From assembly GCA_038889235.1 (NCBI GenBank), contig JAWAHN010000003.1, positions 263,703 to 295,702 on the forward strand: DNA of 32,000 bases, written 5' to 3'. Made by a program: the position numbers and the translations under genes. Under the pieces are notes generated by a model, which searched no databases, was not told the origin of the DNA, and saw only the letters and a program-made list of their open reading frames with translations. The DNA comes from Candidatus Jordarchaeales archaeon (lineage in GTDB: Archaea; Asgardarchaeota; Jordiarchaeia; Jordiarchaeales; Freyrarchaeaceae). Positions 10,801 to 19,207 of this stretch are shown in pieces. Within the stretch, counting starts at the first letter, position 1. Every line of letters begins with the position of its first letter.

Positions 10801-10953
10801 CGCCGAGCTGTTGAACGTGGAGTTTGTTTCGCATATCCATCCCCACCTGAAGAATCTATAGGTGATGTTGCAGTAAGCGTTATAGTCTCCGTGCTTGGCT
10901 AGCGTGGTGTAAGTTATGAAAAGCGGCCCGGACTCAATCACTTGATGAGCCAA
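7891..10953 (-). CDS. C-terminal 1020-aa open fragment of the surface glycoprotein
   Basis: Beta-rich Y/T/N/V composition with more than 25 N-x-S/T sequons and a carboxypeptidase-regulatory-like segment (VTVTDPSGAPIPGANVSIF). About four ~100-aa Ig-like repeats, TM helix FFLALLASILLPSSAFAFHVYL, then a Glu/Lys-rich tail. Confidence 0.8.
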   Translation of the reverse strand: MAHQVIESGPLFITYTTLAKHGDYNAYCNITYRFFRWGWICETNSTFNSSASGQVYRNNEWVFNPGIMRNLTYRYQYGTPTTVTFGETSRQENLYSNVLWFCLWDQGDREAVGTFDLVSPQVSGATVRQGYWYYRVFWYVTSYYEFWDRYWGIVDFSAGGWIYEKFAVYIWDGSRGYAPFQAFAEGMKASLTVSVGTPEDVFYKLEVTVTDPSGAPIPGANVSIFNDEDYTQLNVSKLTDENGKCTFFLYYCEGGYYLQANLSLPYLPPGDQYVNRTGRWTPGVNSSSVTIVLNATRLYIEVYDKLGSRVQNANVTINYTSGFPQNIVNQSVDPYYANICLYVKVGASFYVNISTQAYPNEQIKLYNMSDGSVLSQPLTLNGPANIRVELDRTLYLRQTQLRCEGGSFFTVYWSDEVNFSVWIERIGPNVGINASWVNYTISHLNGTVVVPQTVMTENTSAIGQWYVTLNTTGLVGGYIYLVTFYGEPLDTDSYAYPVPVTVYLVVKELPVTVGYESFINVTWSSPPSFNISVYLNDTRRNMPVENAVVSYSILGTPYSGIMNNVGGGYYAVPVDVLSNLTSGVYTIEVAPIAQNYSINPVKITLVINPVPTSARFSSELLHDGYVLVIYNRTLTFSVELRDVGGNPVTGATVVWFIGGTEYSGNMVEKDSGVYVAALNLSELSLGSPEPGLYVLHVIASKQNYQFQEITLSLSISGIPVTFTPITLPLSSKFIVGQYIMAESNVPFVPLIFTLKDDLGRPVTGANITLLSLPVWEVSPGVYLTLIPVSGLSDVAFPLSVKAEKAYYQSASTVILLNVKEWSVPLVNLPYKFFLALLASILLPSSAFAFHVYLQRARIPPIIRRIDYLIDRIYKGLPVEVGKPKTRESVITAILAEELSLIGVEPKPPTYVTPEVMDKLVPLLVEIGKSESEARVILAELRAASPTDREKLLETLGVPPDISAAILQELEKEEERTLSKKEVKEEEAEKEETGGEEQKEEAAKIDEGGEVRAEEKKEEDT

Positions 10954-11662
10954 TGGAGCATATCTAGACGTGGTTCCGGTGTTATATGCGTAGTCTGGGT
11001 TCCAGTGGAAGCCCCAGTTCCCCAGGGGGGTCGTTTATTGTTCTACTCGTCCAGTATGTTCCGGATATTTTGTTGTAACAATCCTCTATTTTTCCGCCTC
11101 TAGCTGTGGTCGAGCAGTTGGCCCTGTAAATGCTGCTCTCGAAAGTGTAGTGTGTCCCGTTGAAGCTCCACCACACCTCGTTCGTGTATGTTTCGACTCC
11201 ACTATCTGTGTCGTTGTAGTAGACGTAGTAAGTTTTCGTGGAATTAGCGTTGAGGTTGATGTAGAAGGTTAGTGTGAGGGATTTGTAGTAACTTGTCCCA
11301 TCCCAGTATGTTTCGTTCCAAACTTGGCATGGTACTAGTTGCCAGCTGTTTCCATCGTAGTACCGTACTCTTATGCTGTTATTGTAGCATGTTCCACTGC
11401 TAAAAGTGAGGTAGACGTCTACGGGTTGATCCACGTGGTCTACGTTTGATGTGTCCGTGAAGTTGATTTGGAGCCTATACCTGAAGGAATAGTTCCATCA
11501 TGGTGGGTTGAACTGTTTGGCTGTAATTGCTTGTTCGCCGGCGTTTGATGGAGGAGGGAATGGAAAGGCTGGCTGGGGGGAGGGGGTTACCGCTGCAACT
11601 AGTGGAAGAATTACTGTTACTAGTAGTAAGACACTTAGAAGGTGCTTGAGGCGCACGCCCAT
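7891..11662 (-). pseudogene. Disrupted large membrane-anchored surface glycoprotein (signal peptide, DUF2341-like N-terminus, Ig-like repeats, one TM helix, acidic cytoplasmic tail); ~1256 aa if repaired
   Basis: ATG at 11662 opens a signal peptide (MGVRLKHLLSVLLLVTVILPLVAA). An in-frame TGA at 11498-11500 falls in P-P-*-W-N-Y-S-F-R-Y-R. The frame then continues into the 150-aa ORF. Removing one base in the C6/G4 tract at 11020-11030 joins it to the 1020-aa ORF (..N-D-P-L-G-N-W-G-F-H-W-N-P-D-Y..). Confidence 0.8.
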
Positions 11663-11733
11663 TTTCGATTACTCTCCCAGAAACTTGTTGACGCTCACTT
11701 TTTCTGGGAAAAGTTGTAAGATTAACATTTACT

Positions 11734-11750
11734 TATTAATTTTTTCGTAA
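11734..11750 (-). promoter_or_regulatory. Putative BRE/TATA promoter of the surface protein gene
   Basis: The minus strand reads ACGAAAAAATTAATAAG about 75-90 nt upstream of the ATG at 11662, in an AT-rich tract. Confidence 0.4.
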
Positions 11751-12719
11751 AATGCTACCAAAATATGACGAAAATATATTGTTGTTTATTGATTTTCCGT
11801 TAAGGTAATTTTTTAGTTTTGAAACTATCGCTTTATGCAGCTGAAATTAGAAGTTACGTCTTGCCTTAGTTTTCGGTAATTCCCGGGTTTTTGGCATTCT
11901 GGTTTTAGTGCTTGGATTCTGGAGGAGTACTCTTGCGTTTCGCTTGTGTTTCAATGTTAGACCTCAATGTTCCTTTTAGATTTTGGTTTGGCCACCTTTA
12001 CGCACGCCGGCTCTAAAATCCAGCACAAACAAGTGTTGCAAGTAATTCTTACGCCAAGCACGTCTACACCAATCTGGTAAGGAGACACACTAAACCCGGG
12101 AAACGGTGCGATCCTGCTAGGGGGTTTTGGAGGAATTCTGGGATTTATGTGTCTTAATAAGTGTGTTGTTCTAGAGGAATTCGTATCTTGACGCGTGCTG
12201 GATGCTTAACGTTCTGTTTTGATAGCTTTTAGTTCACGTTATTTGAGCCCACCGAGGACTTGTTTCTCTAACCTCCTAGGATTCCATGGTCGTATTGCAC
12301 TTCAACCCTTACCTGACTCCTCCGCTATTTCATTAGTTTAACTTACGAACAAAGCCCCGGCTTACCCTAAGTGCCTAGAATGTTTTTGACAGTTTTCCGA
12401 TACTTTAGGCTTAATCCCCCTTTGATCTTTTTGTTTTACCGAAGCTTCCTGGGTGAGGCTTAGCAATCTGATAGAGTTCTTTTCTCTTGCCGCTTCGGAG
12501 CTTAATTGGAGTGTAAGCATTTCTGTGTGTTTCTTGGCTTTAGTGGTTTCAGTGACTTTATGCGGTTAAGAGGGGGTGCGTGTAGCTGGCAGGTGTTCAG
12601 TACACCTATTCTTAGAGATTGTTGAAAGGAGGTGACTGCTGGGGTTTTGCTTCTTCGGGAGAAAGTTTGACTTGTTATTTTTTGAGCAGGAATGGTGCAT
12701 TGGATTAGTGAAGGGTGGT

Positions 12720-13538
12720 TCAAGTTTTAGCGGCTGGTGACGAAGGGTTTATGGTTTTTCTTTTTTCGGGTTGTCCTTTGAAGATTATTATGTCGCTTAT
12801 TGTTGGTAGTTTTCTGGCTATTGTGTCTAGTGTGTTTAGTATGGTGTCTGCGGCCTTCTTCGGCATCTTGCCGAGCAGCTTCCCCCAATGTGGAAAGCTC
12901 CAGAAGAGAGATAGCCCTTCGATGTGGTTGGCTTTTAACGCGCCTTGCGTGTATGCTTTGAGGGTTTTGTAGTCGACTCTCAGTGTGTGGTCCTCTGGCA
13001 TGTCCCAGGGTCTCCTCTCGCCCTCTCTCAGCCCCGAGAGTCCTAAGGCGTCTACTAGTCTCGCTAGCTTGAAGCCTAGGCTCTCCATGTTCGCGACAGA
13101 TATCACCGCTCTTCCTTCCGGTTTGAGGACACGGGCGAATTCGAGTATCGAGCGGCGCGGGTAGTGGAAGTGGTCTAGGGCACCTTTGCATATGAGCGCG
13201 TCGACCGCGTTATCCCTGAATGGCAAGCATTCGCTGGCACCCTGAACTATGTCCGCCTCGACGCCACATCCAGCCACATAGCGCTTAGCCTTCATAACCA
13301 TTATTTTTGAAACGTCCACTCCAACCACCCTGGCGCCCTGCTTAGCCATTCCGACCACTTCTATTCCCAGTCCGCAGGCGACGTCGAGCACTACGTCTCT
13401 GGGTGAGAGTGAGAGGGCTTTTATCGTCCTCGGCCCCATCATCCTAAAAACGAAGTCCGAGTCGGCGTTCCACTCGGGGGGTATAGCTCCCTCGTCACAC
13501 CACTCGACAACCTTCTTCCTCTCATATGTGTGCTTCAA
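12720..13538 (-). CDS. Class I SAM-dependent methyltransferase (Methyltransf_11-like)
   Basis: VLDVACGLG motif I, GVDVS, LPFRD..VD, LDHF and ARVLKPEG. Confidence 0.88.
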   Translation of the reverse strand: MKHTYERKKVVEWCDEGAIPPEWNADSDFVFRMMGPRTIKALSLSPRDVVLDVACGLGIEVVGMAKQGARVVGVDVSKIMVMKAKRYVAGCGVEADIVQGASECLPFRDNAVDALICKGALDHFHYPRRSILEFARVLKPEGRAVISVANMESLGFKLARLVDALGLSGLREGERRPWDMPEDHTLRVDYKTLKAYTQGALKANHIEGLSLFWSFPHWGKLLGKMPKKAADTILNTLDTIARKLPTISDIIIFKGQPEKRKTINPSSPAAKT

Positions 13539-13587
13539 GGTGAGCCCACCTGAGAGTGCTGCAAGGCGTTAATAAAAGAAAAAGATA

Positions 13588-14214
13588 TTATTTTTTCCTG
13601 CGCGAAGTCAGAGGCTTCCTAAACACCGCGGTTATGTTCATCCCGACATAAGATGAAACACGGGATTCCTCCACTTTTGCCCAGTTTTTCTCGAAGAGTT
13701 TTAGTAAGCCTTCGGGTATGCGGAGCCAGCGGAGCTTCTTGATACCGGTTGCAGATATAGGCCACGAGCCCCACCCGGTTGTCTTCACGAGTTCTAGGTT
13801 GTAGCGCTTGGCGATCCTCTTCATGTCGAACACGCTGCAGCTCCGCTCCCATCCCATGGGCCAGCAGCCCAACGCCACTAAGAACGATTTGTAGATGTGG
13901 TAGAGGGAATACTTTTGGGGGGCGTCGATCACTATGAAGCCTCCACGCCTGGTGACGCGGATCTTCTCGCGAAGCAAGTTGTCCGGGTTTTTGAAGTGTT
14001 CTATTAGACCTTGGGAGAAAACCACGTCGAAGGACTCGTCTCTAAATGGGAGCAATTCACCGTCAGCCTGTTGGACATCTACCTCACTCCACTTGGATGC
14101 TATGATGTTTGAGGTCGCGTAGTCGACGGCGCATACGCGTGCGCCAAGCCTGGCAAGGTAGCCGCTGTCAACTCCGCTTCCGGCTCCAACCTCGAGCACC
14201 CTTAATCCCTTCAA
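13588..14214 (-). CDS. Class I SAM-dependent methyltransferase; start codon uncertain
   Basis: VLEVGAGSG, AVDY, LPFRDESFDVVFSQGLIEHF and RVTRRGG. No clear RBS before the TTG at 14214. Confidence 0.85.
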   Translation of the reverse strand: MKGLRVLEVGAGSGVDSGYLARLGARVCAVDYATSNIIASKWSEVDVQQADGELLPFRDESFDVVFSQGLIEHFKNPDNLLREKIRVTRRGGFIVIDAPQKYSLYHIYKSFLVALGCWPMGWERSCSVFDMKRIAKRYNLELVKTTGWGSWPISATGIKKLRWLRIPEGLLKLFEKNWAKVEESRVSSYVGMNITAVFRKPLTSRRKK

Positions 14215-14328
14215 CTTGTAGTTGAAGAGTGGCAGTATTTGCCTTAAAATGTGGGTGTGCGGCTTGTCATTTGGCTTAGCAAGTAGGAAGAAAAAATGCC
14301 CAGTAGTCTTTGAGGCGGCGCCTGTAGC

Positions 14329-15948
14329 TTAGTTGTGCTTGTTCTTCTGCGCCTCTACTAGTGGGGCATACTTTCTCCTCAGTTCCTCGTTGGAGGCCCA
14401 ATTCCAGACTGCCACCCCGTTTTCTAACTTATAGCCTAGCAGACCCATGTCCATGTAGTATTTTATAAACGAGTGTACGAGCTCTAGCGGGATCTTCCCC
14501 TCTAGTCGGGCGACATCGAAGATCCTTTCCGCTAGGCGGAGCGCTGGGTCTGTTCCGTCATATTGTATTCGTCCGTAGCGCTCGATTAGGTCCCATTTGA
14601 GGAGGTGCCATGCAAGCTTCTGTTTGCGTCTTACTTTGAGCGCCTCCACTTCTTCTGGTGGTAGGAGCCCTTGGTCTGCCATCCTAAACCTCTTTTTCAG
14701 CTCCTGCATTATCGCCTTGTTGAACTCTCTGACCACCTTGTTCAGGTACTCCGCGCTTACCGCTTGTGTGTGCGCCACAGCCCTGTTAGCATCGTACTTT
14801 AACCAATTGTCTGTGAGTATGATTATTCCAAGCTCGTTCGCCCTCTCCCTCACCTCTGTCCCGGGGAATGGTGCTAAGAGGTGGAAGCCGTAGAACGGCC
14901 CGAGCTCTTCGGCGAACTTCATTGTCTGAGCTATGGTTTCCTTTGTTTCGCCGGGTAGCCCGAGTATGAACGAGGAGAGCACACCTATTCCGAGCTCCTT
15001 CGTCATCTTTACGGCTTCCCTGATCTCCTCCACGGTTATCCTCTTCTTGCACTTATCGAGGATGTCTTGGTTTCCGCTCTCGGTGCCGAACATTATGAAG
15101 TGACACCCGGCTTCCTTCATCTTCTCCAGTAGCTCCCTTGTCACTGTGTCGACTCTGGCGTTAGCACACCACTTGAACTTGAGACCCCTACTGATTATCT
15201 CGTCGCATATGGCGAAGGCGTGCTTGTGATTCAAAGTGAACGTGTCGTCCTCGAAAATTATCTCGTTAAACCCGTAGCCTAAAACCTCCTCTATCTCGTC
15301 TACGACGAGCTTCGGGTTCCTGAGCCTAACCCTTCTCCCCATCATCTTGGAGCCAACGCAGAATATGCACCTGTGGGGGCATCCTCTCCCGGTGATGAGA
15401 CTGCAGCCAGAGTGGTACGCGATGTACTTTGAGAGGGGGAGGAGGTGGCGTGCCGGGAACGGGAGCTCGTCTAGGTTCTCTATAAGCTTCCTGTCTCTGT
15501 TCCTCACTATTTCGCCATCCTCTCTGTAGGTTATCCCGTCGATGTCCTTGAAATCCCTCCCCTTAACTATGTCTAGCATGGTGTACTCTCCCTCTCCCCT
15601 AACCACGACGTCTATCCACGGCGACTCCTCAAGCGTTCGGACGTCGCTAAAAGTCACGTGCGGGCCGCCTATAACCGTTATAATGTCCTCGTTTACCTTC
15701 TTCACTAGCTTGAGTATTTTGGAGGCTATGGGGTAGTTCATTGTGACGGAATTGACGCCGACAACCTCCGGCTTGTATTCCTCGACCTTCCGGGTGACTT
15801 TATCATCAGAATACATTGAGACAAGGAGGTCTAGCACTTCAACCTCAAACCCGTTCTTCTCGATGACGGCGGCAATGTAAGTTAATCCCAGGGGGATTGT
15901 TGGGCACTCGGAGAACTTGTAAGGAGTGTTTATTAGTAGAGTTCTCAT
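14329..15948 (-). CDS. Cobalamin-binding radical SAM protein (class B-like) with a ~150-aa C-terminal extension
   Basis: N-terminal B12-binding domain (PLGLTYIAA, GGPHVT, VVRGEGE), CPHRCIFC at 15358-15381, FEDDTF, FGTESG, GLPGET and PFPGT. Likely start is ATG 15948 after GGTGG; the ORF is open to 15987. Confidence 0.92.
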   Translation of the reverse strand: MRTLLINTPYKFSECPTIPLGLTYIAAVIEKNGFEVEVLDLLVSMYSDDKVTRKVEEYKPEVVGVNSVTMNYPIASKILKLVKKVNEDIITVIGGPHVTFSDVRTLEESPWIDVVVRGEGEYTMLDIVKGRDFKDIDGITYREDGEIVRNRDRKLIENLDELPFPARHLLPLSKYIAYHSGCSLITGRGCPHRCIFCVGSKMMGRRVRLRNPKLVVDEIEEVLGYGFNEIIFEDDTFTLNHKHAFAICDEIISRGLKFKWCANARVDTVTRELLEKMKEAGCHFIMFGTESGNQDILDKCKKRITVEEIREAVKMTKELGIGVLSSFILGLPGETKETIAQTMKFAEELGPFYGFHLLAPFPGTEVRERANELGIIILTDNWLKYDANRAVAHTQAVSAEYLNKVVREFNKAIMQELKKRFRMADQGLLPPEEVEALKVRRKQKLAWHLLKWDLIERYGRIQYDGTDPALRLAERIFDVARLEGKIPLELVHSFIKYYMDMGLLGYKLENGVAVWNWASNEELRRKYAPLVEAQKNKHN

Positions 15949-15994
15949 CAGACCACCCTTATCACTATTAAGGTCTCTTTTTCCCACATTTCAC

Positions 15995-16717
15995 TTAAAA
16001 TGTTTGCTGTCCATTGCCCCGTATTTTTTTGAGATAAAAGACCACGCTTTTCGGAAAAACATGGTTGAAAAGCTTTTCTATGAGCCTCAGCGGCTTAACA
16101 TGCGGGGAGTATATGAGGAGCACCCTCCAAAGGGAGGGGATTAATGCCTTCTCGTTGTCGAGCCCTGCCAAGCATCTTAGCAGCCAGTACACTGTGTGGA
16201 GAGCGTGCTCGTAGCACTTCCTTGCGAGGCTCAGCCCTCCATCCTCAAGTTTCTCCAGCAACCTCTCCTCCCTGTATATCTTTATGTGTCCTCCTGGGCT
16301 CCTAAAGTACTTCGCCGATAGTCTGCCGTACAGCCTTTCAGACGACCTCGTGGGCACGCTTACGGCGACTATCCCCTTGTCATCTAAAACGCGCACAAGC
16401 TCACGTATAGCCTCCCTGTCCTCCCTTATGTGCTCCAGCACCTCCGTGCATATCACCTTGGTGAAGGACTGCTCCTTGAACGGTAGCTTGCGCACGTCAC
16501 CCCGCACTATGTCCGCGTGCGCCCTCAGCTCCCCTTTATGATTCATTAGTTTCACGACGAAAAGTACTTTCAACAAGTCTATGCGTGAGACGTCCAGAGC
16601 AACTATGCGGCACGGCATCTTGGCTATTGAGAGAGTGTGCCTCCCGTCTCCGCAGCCGGCGTCGAGCACAGTGTCCTTCTCTCTTATCCTGAATATGTTA
16701 AGGTCTATGGTCAGCAT
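15995..16717 (-). CDS. Class I SAM-dependent methyltransferase
   Basis: VLDAGCGDGRH, LPF...SF.KVICTEVLEHI, AVSVP and GGHIKIY. Overlaps the upstream GT4 gene by 20 nt. Confidence 0.9.
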   Translation of the reverse strand: MLTIDLNIFRIREKDTVLDAGCGDGRHTLSIAKMPCRIVALDVSRIDLLKVLFVVKLMNHKGELRAHADIVRGDVRKLPFKEQSFTKVICTEVLEHIREDREAIRELVRVLDDKGIVAVSVPTRSSERLYGRLSAKYFRSPGGHIKIYREERLLEKLEDGGLSLARKCYEHALHTVYWLLRCLAGLDNEKALIPSLWRVLLIYSPHVKPLRLIEKLFNHVFPKSVVFYLKKIRGNGQQTF

Positions 16718-17942
16718 CTAGAACCTCCATGTAGACTTTCTCCAGCTCTTTAGCTGCTTTCTCCCATGTGAAGAGGCGCTCAACTCTCTCCCTTCCCTTC
16801 GCGCCCATGCGTGCCCTCAGCTCCTCGTCTTCTAGGAGCCGAGCAGCGGCTTCAGCTAGCTTCTTCCAGTTTCCCGGCTCCACGAGTATCCCGGTAACAC
16901 CGTCCTCGACGACTTCAGGGAGCGCGCCCACCCTGAAGCCTACGACCGGCTTCCCGCAAGCCATTGCCTCGACCGCTACAAAGCAGAATCCTTCGAACAT
17001 CGATGACAGCATGACGAGGTCTGAGCTGGCGTACTGCCGGGCTAGCTCCTCTATCGTGAGGAAGCCTGTGAAGGAAACGTCATCCTGCAAGCCGTACTCT
17101 TTTATGAATGGAGGGGCGATCCCTTCCTCCTTGAACTTGTCGACAATGGTGAGCTTCACGTTGAGCCCCAGCTCTTCCTTCATATACTTGACAGCTCTCA
17201 GCAGGAGTCCTATGCCCTTAACCCTGTTGTCTGTGTTCCCCACGAAGAGCAACTTGTAGTAGTCTCCGTCCCTGCTACCTCCATCCATTGGCCTGAAAAC
17301 GTTTACGTCTACACCGTTGTATATGACCTTTATCTTTCTCTCTGGAACCTTGAAGTACTTTGTGATGCTTCTCGCCGACGTCTTAGAGACGGTTATCACT
17401 TTGTCCATGAAGTTGGCGACTATCGTCTGCATGAACATCGGGTAGAATATGATCTGCTTGAATCGCTCCTTAGTCGTCCTTGCAAGTCTCATCGCCATTA
17501 TCCTGTCTATGGGCAGGGGGTGGTGGATTGTCGCGAGCACCGGGGTGTTTAGAGCCTTCATGAGGATCAAGCCGTACCCAAGGCACTGGTTGTCGTGTAT
17601 TAAGTCAAACTTTTCCTTCCTTATCAGCTCCTTAACCTTGAAGAACGACCTTATGCTGAAGCTGAACATCTCAGGGAATATACCTATTCTAGCCAGCGTG
17701 TACTCGTAAGCTGAGAGAAGAGAGAAGTTTTCCGTGGTCAGCCGCTCCCCGCTGAACTCGCTAAACTGTGGAGTCTTGATTTTGTGCACCACGGCCCAGT
17801 CCATCTCGAACGGGTAGGGTGGGCCGACAATCACGTGAACTTCGTGTCCAAGCCTTGCAAGCTCGCGGGAAACGTAGTAGAGGTATACTCCCTGCCCGCC
17901 GCAGCTCATACTACCCCTGTAGCTCAGGAGGCAGATCTTCAT
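16698..17942 (-). CDS. Glycosyltransferase family 4 (GT-B, retaining)
   Basis: LLSYRG..CGGQGVY, GHEVHV, HDNQ.LGYG, TIHHP, YNGVD and EGFCFVAVEAMACGKPVV (E-x7-E). ATGA overlap with the upstream GT4. Confidence 0.92.
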   Translation of the reverse strand: MKICLLSYRGSMSCGGQGVYLYYVSRELARLGHEVHVIVGPPYPFEMDWAVVHKIKTPQFSEFSGERLTTENFSLLSAYEYTLARIGIFPEMFSFSIRSFFKVKELIRKEKFDLIHDNQCLGYGLILMKALNTPVLATIHHPLPIDRIMAMRLARTTKERFKQIIFYPMFMQTIVANFMDKVITVSKTSARSITKYFKVPERKIKVIYNGVDVNVFRPMDGGSRDGDYYKLLFVGNTDNRVKGIGLLLRAVKYMKEELGLNVKLTIVDKFKEEGIAPPFIKEYGLQDDVSFTGFLTIEELARQYASSDLVMLSSMFEGFCFVAVEAMACGKPVVGFRVGALPEVVEDGVTGILVEPGNWKKLAEAAARLLEDEELRARMGAKGRERVERLFTWEKAAKELEKVYMEVLDADHRP

Positions 17943-19207
17943 TTTCGCCTCTCCATAGCCTCTTTAAAGATGTTTAGGTACTTTTTCACAGCTATCTTGA
18001 CATTAAACTTTTCCTCCGCGATTCTCCTGGCTGCGAGCCCCATGCGGCTTCTGAGCGCCTTGTTTGACAAGAGGCGTATTATCCTGTCTGCGAACGCCTC
18101 TACGTCACCGGGCGGGACCAGAAACCCGTTAACACCGTCCTCTATTTGGACGCTGACCCCGCCGACGTTATAGGCGACGACCGGTCTCCCGGAGGCCATG
18201 GCTTCTGTTATGGCCAGCCCGAAGCCCTCCATCTTCGACGGTAAAACCACCACGTCAGCCATCTTGTACGCTTTAGGGAGCAGCTCGGGCGGCAGGTATC
18301 CTGTGAATATGACGTCCTCCTTCAACCCCAACTCCTCAACGAGATTGAAAATCTTCTCTTTGCGTTCATCCCTAATGCCTAGCACGTTCTCGCTCAGGGA
18401 GCCGTTGCCGACGCATACTAGGTTAGCCCACCTCCTCGCCTCCTTGACTATGGTGAAGGCTTTTAGGAGGTCGTCGTGGCTCTTGACGGGGTCTATGCGG
18501 GCGACGCAGAGCACGACCTCGCCGTCGGCGGGTATTCCCAGTTCCTCCTTGAACTTTTCGCCCTCAGAGTTCGGGATGTTGAAGCGGTCGACGTCAACGA
18601 AAGGGTGAATGCATTTTATCTTCCTTCTCGGAACTCCGAGTCTTTCGGCGTGCTTAACGTAGGCTTGCGTCGAAAACACTACGGCGTCACACTTGCTCAG
18701 CCGCTTGGCCACCATCGACCCCAGTTTTTCCCCCATTTTTTCGGTGAAGGGCACATGCCACGTGTAGACGAGGGGGGCGCCTGCCTGAAGGAAGTCAGGG
18801 ACGAAGAAGACCTGCCAGTCGTGAACGTTGATCACGTCGAACGGATCCAGTTCGTGGAGCTCGTCAATCTTAGAGGCGATAAGCTTAGAGAAGGACTGGA
18901 ATACGTCAAACCCCTCCCAGCTCCACTCCCCCTCAGTTTTCAAGCCGTGAATCTGTTCGTAAAGGTTCTCTTTAAAAAAAGCATACTTTTCCCATTCGGC
19001 GGCTTTATCAAAACCCACCCTGTAAACCTTAATACCCTCGATAACTTCAAAGCTTGGGATGGGGGGTTTTCCCAAGTGTACTTCGGTCACATCAACACCA
19101 TACTTTAAGAGCTCACGTGTGAGGTAGTAAAGGTAGTAGGAGACACCGCCGGCAAAGGGGTAAAACGACTGGCTGCCAATACATATTCTAAGTGCTCCGT
19201 CCAACAT
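17939..19207 (-). CDS. Glycosyltransferase family 4
   Basis: GGVSYY, VHDWQ, TWHVPF, VARIDPVK and EGFGLAITEAMASGRPVV. Likely start is ATG 19207 after GGAG; the ORF is open to 19252. Confidence 0.92.
   Translation of the reverse strand: MLDGALRICIGSQSFYPFAGGVSYYLYYLTRELLKYGVDVTEVHLGKPPIPSFEVIEGIKVYRVGFDKAAEWEKYAFFKENLYEQIHGLKTEGEWSWEGFDVFQSFSKLIASKIDELHELDPFDVINVHDWQVFFVPDFLQAGAPLVYTWHVPFTEKMGEKLGSMVAKRLSKCDAVVFSTQAYVKHAERLGVPRRKIKCIHPFVDVDRFNIPNSEGEKFKEELGIPADGEVVLCVARIDPVKSHDDLLKAFTIVKEARRWANLVCVGNGSLSENVLGIRDERKEKIFNLVEELGLKEDVIFTGYLPPELLPKAYKMADVVVLPSKMEGFGLAITEAMASGRPVVAYNVGGVSVQIEDGVNGFLVPPGDVEAFADRIIRLLSNKALRSRMGLAARRIAEEKFNVKIAVKKYLNIFKEAMERRK

Noticed and set aside
11498-11500. TGA recoded as Trp or selenocysteine
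   Set aside because: TGA is the normal stop of several clear genes here (aminopeptidase, nth, the 12720 MT, nucleotidyltransferase). The context is a W-W motif, not a Cys/redox site, and a second lesion follows downstream.
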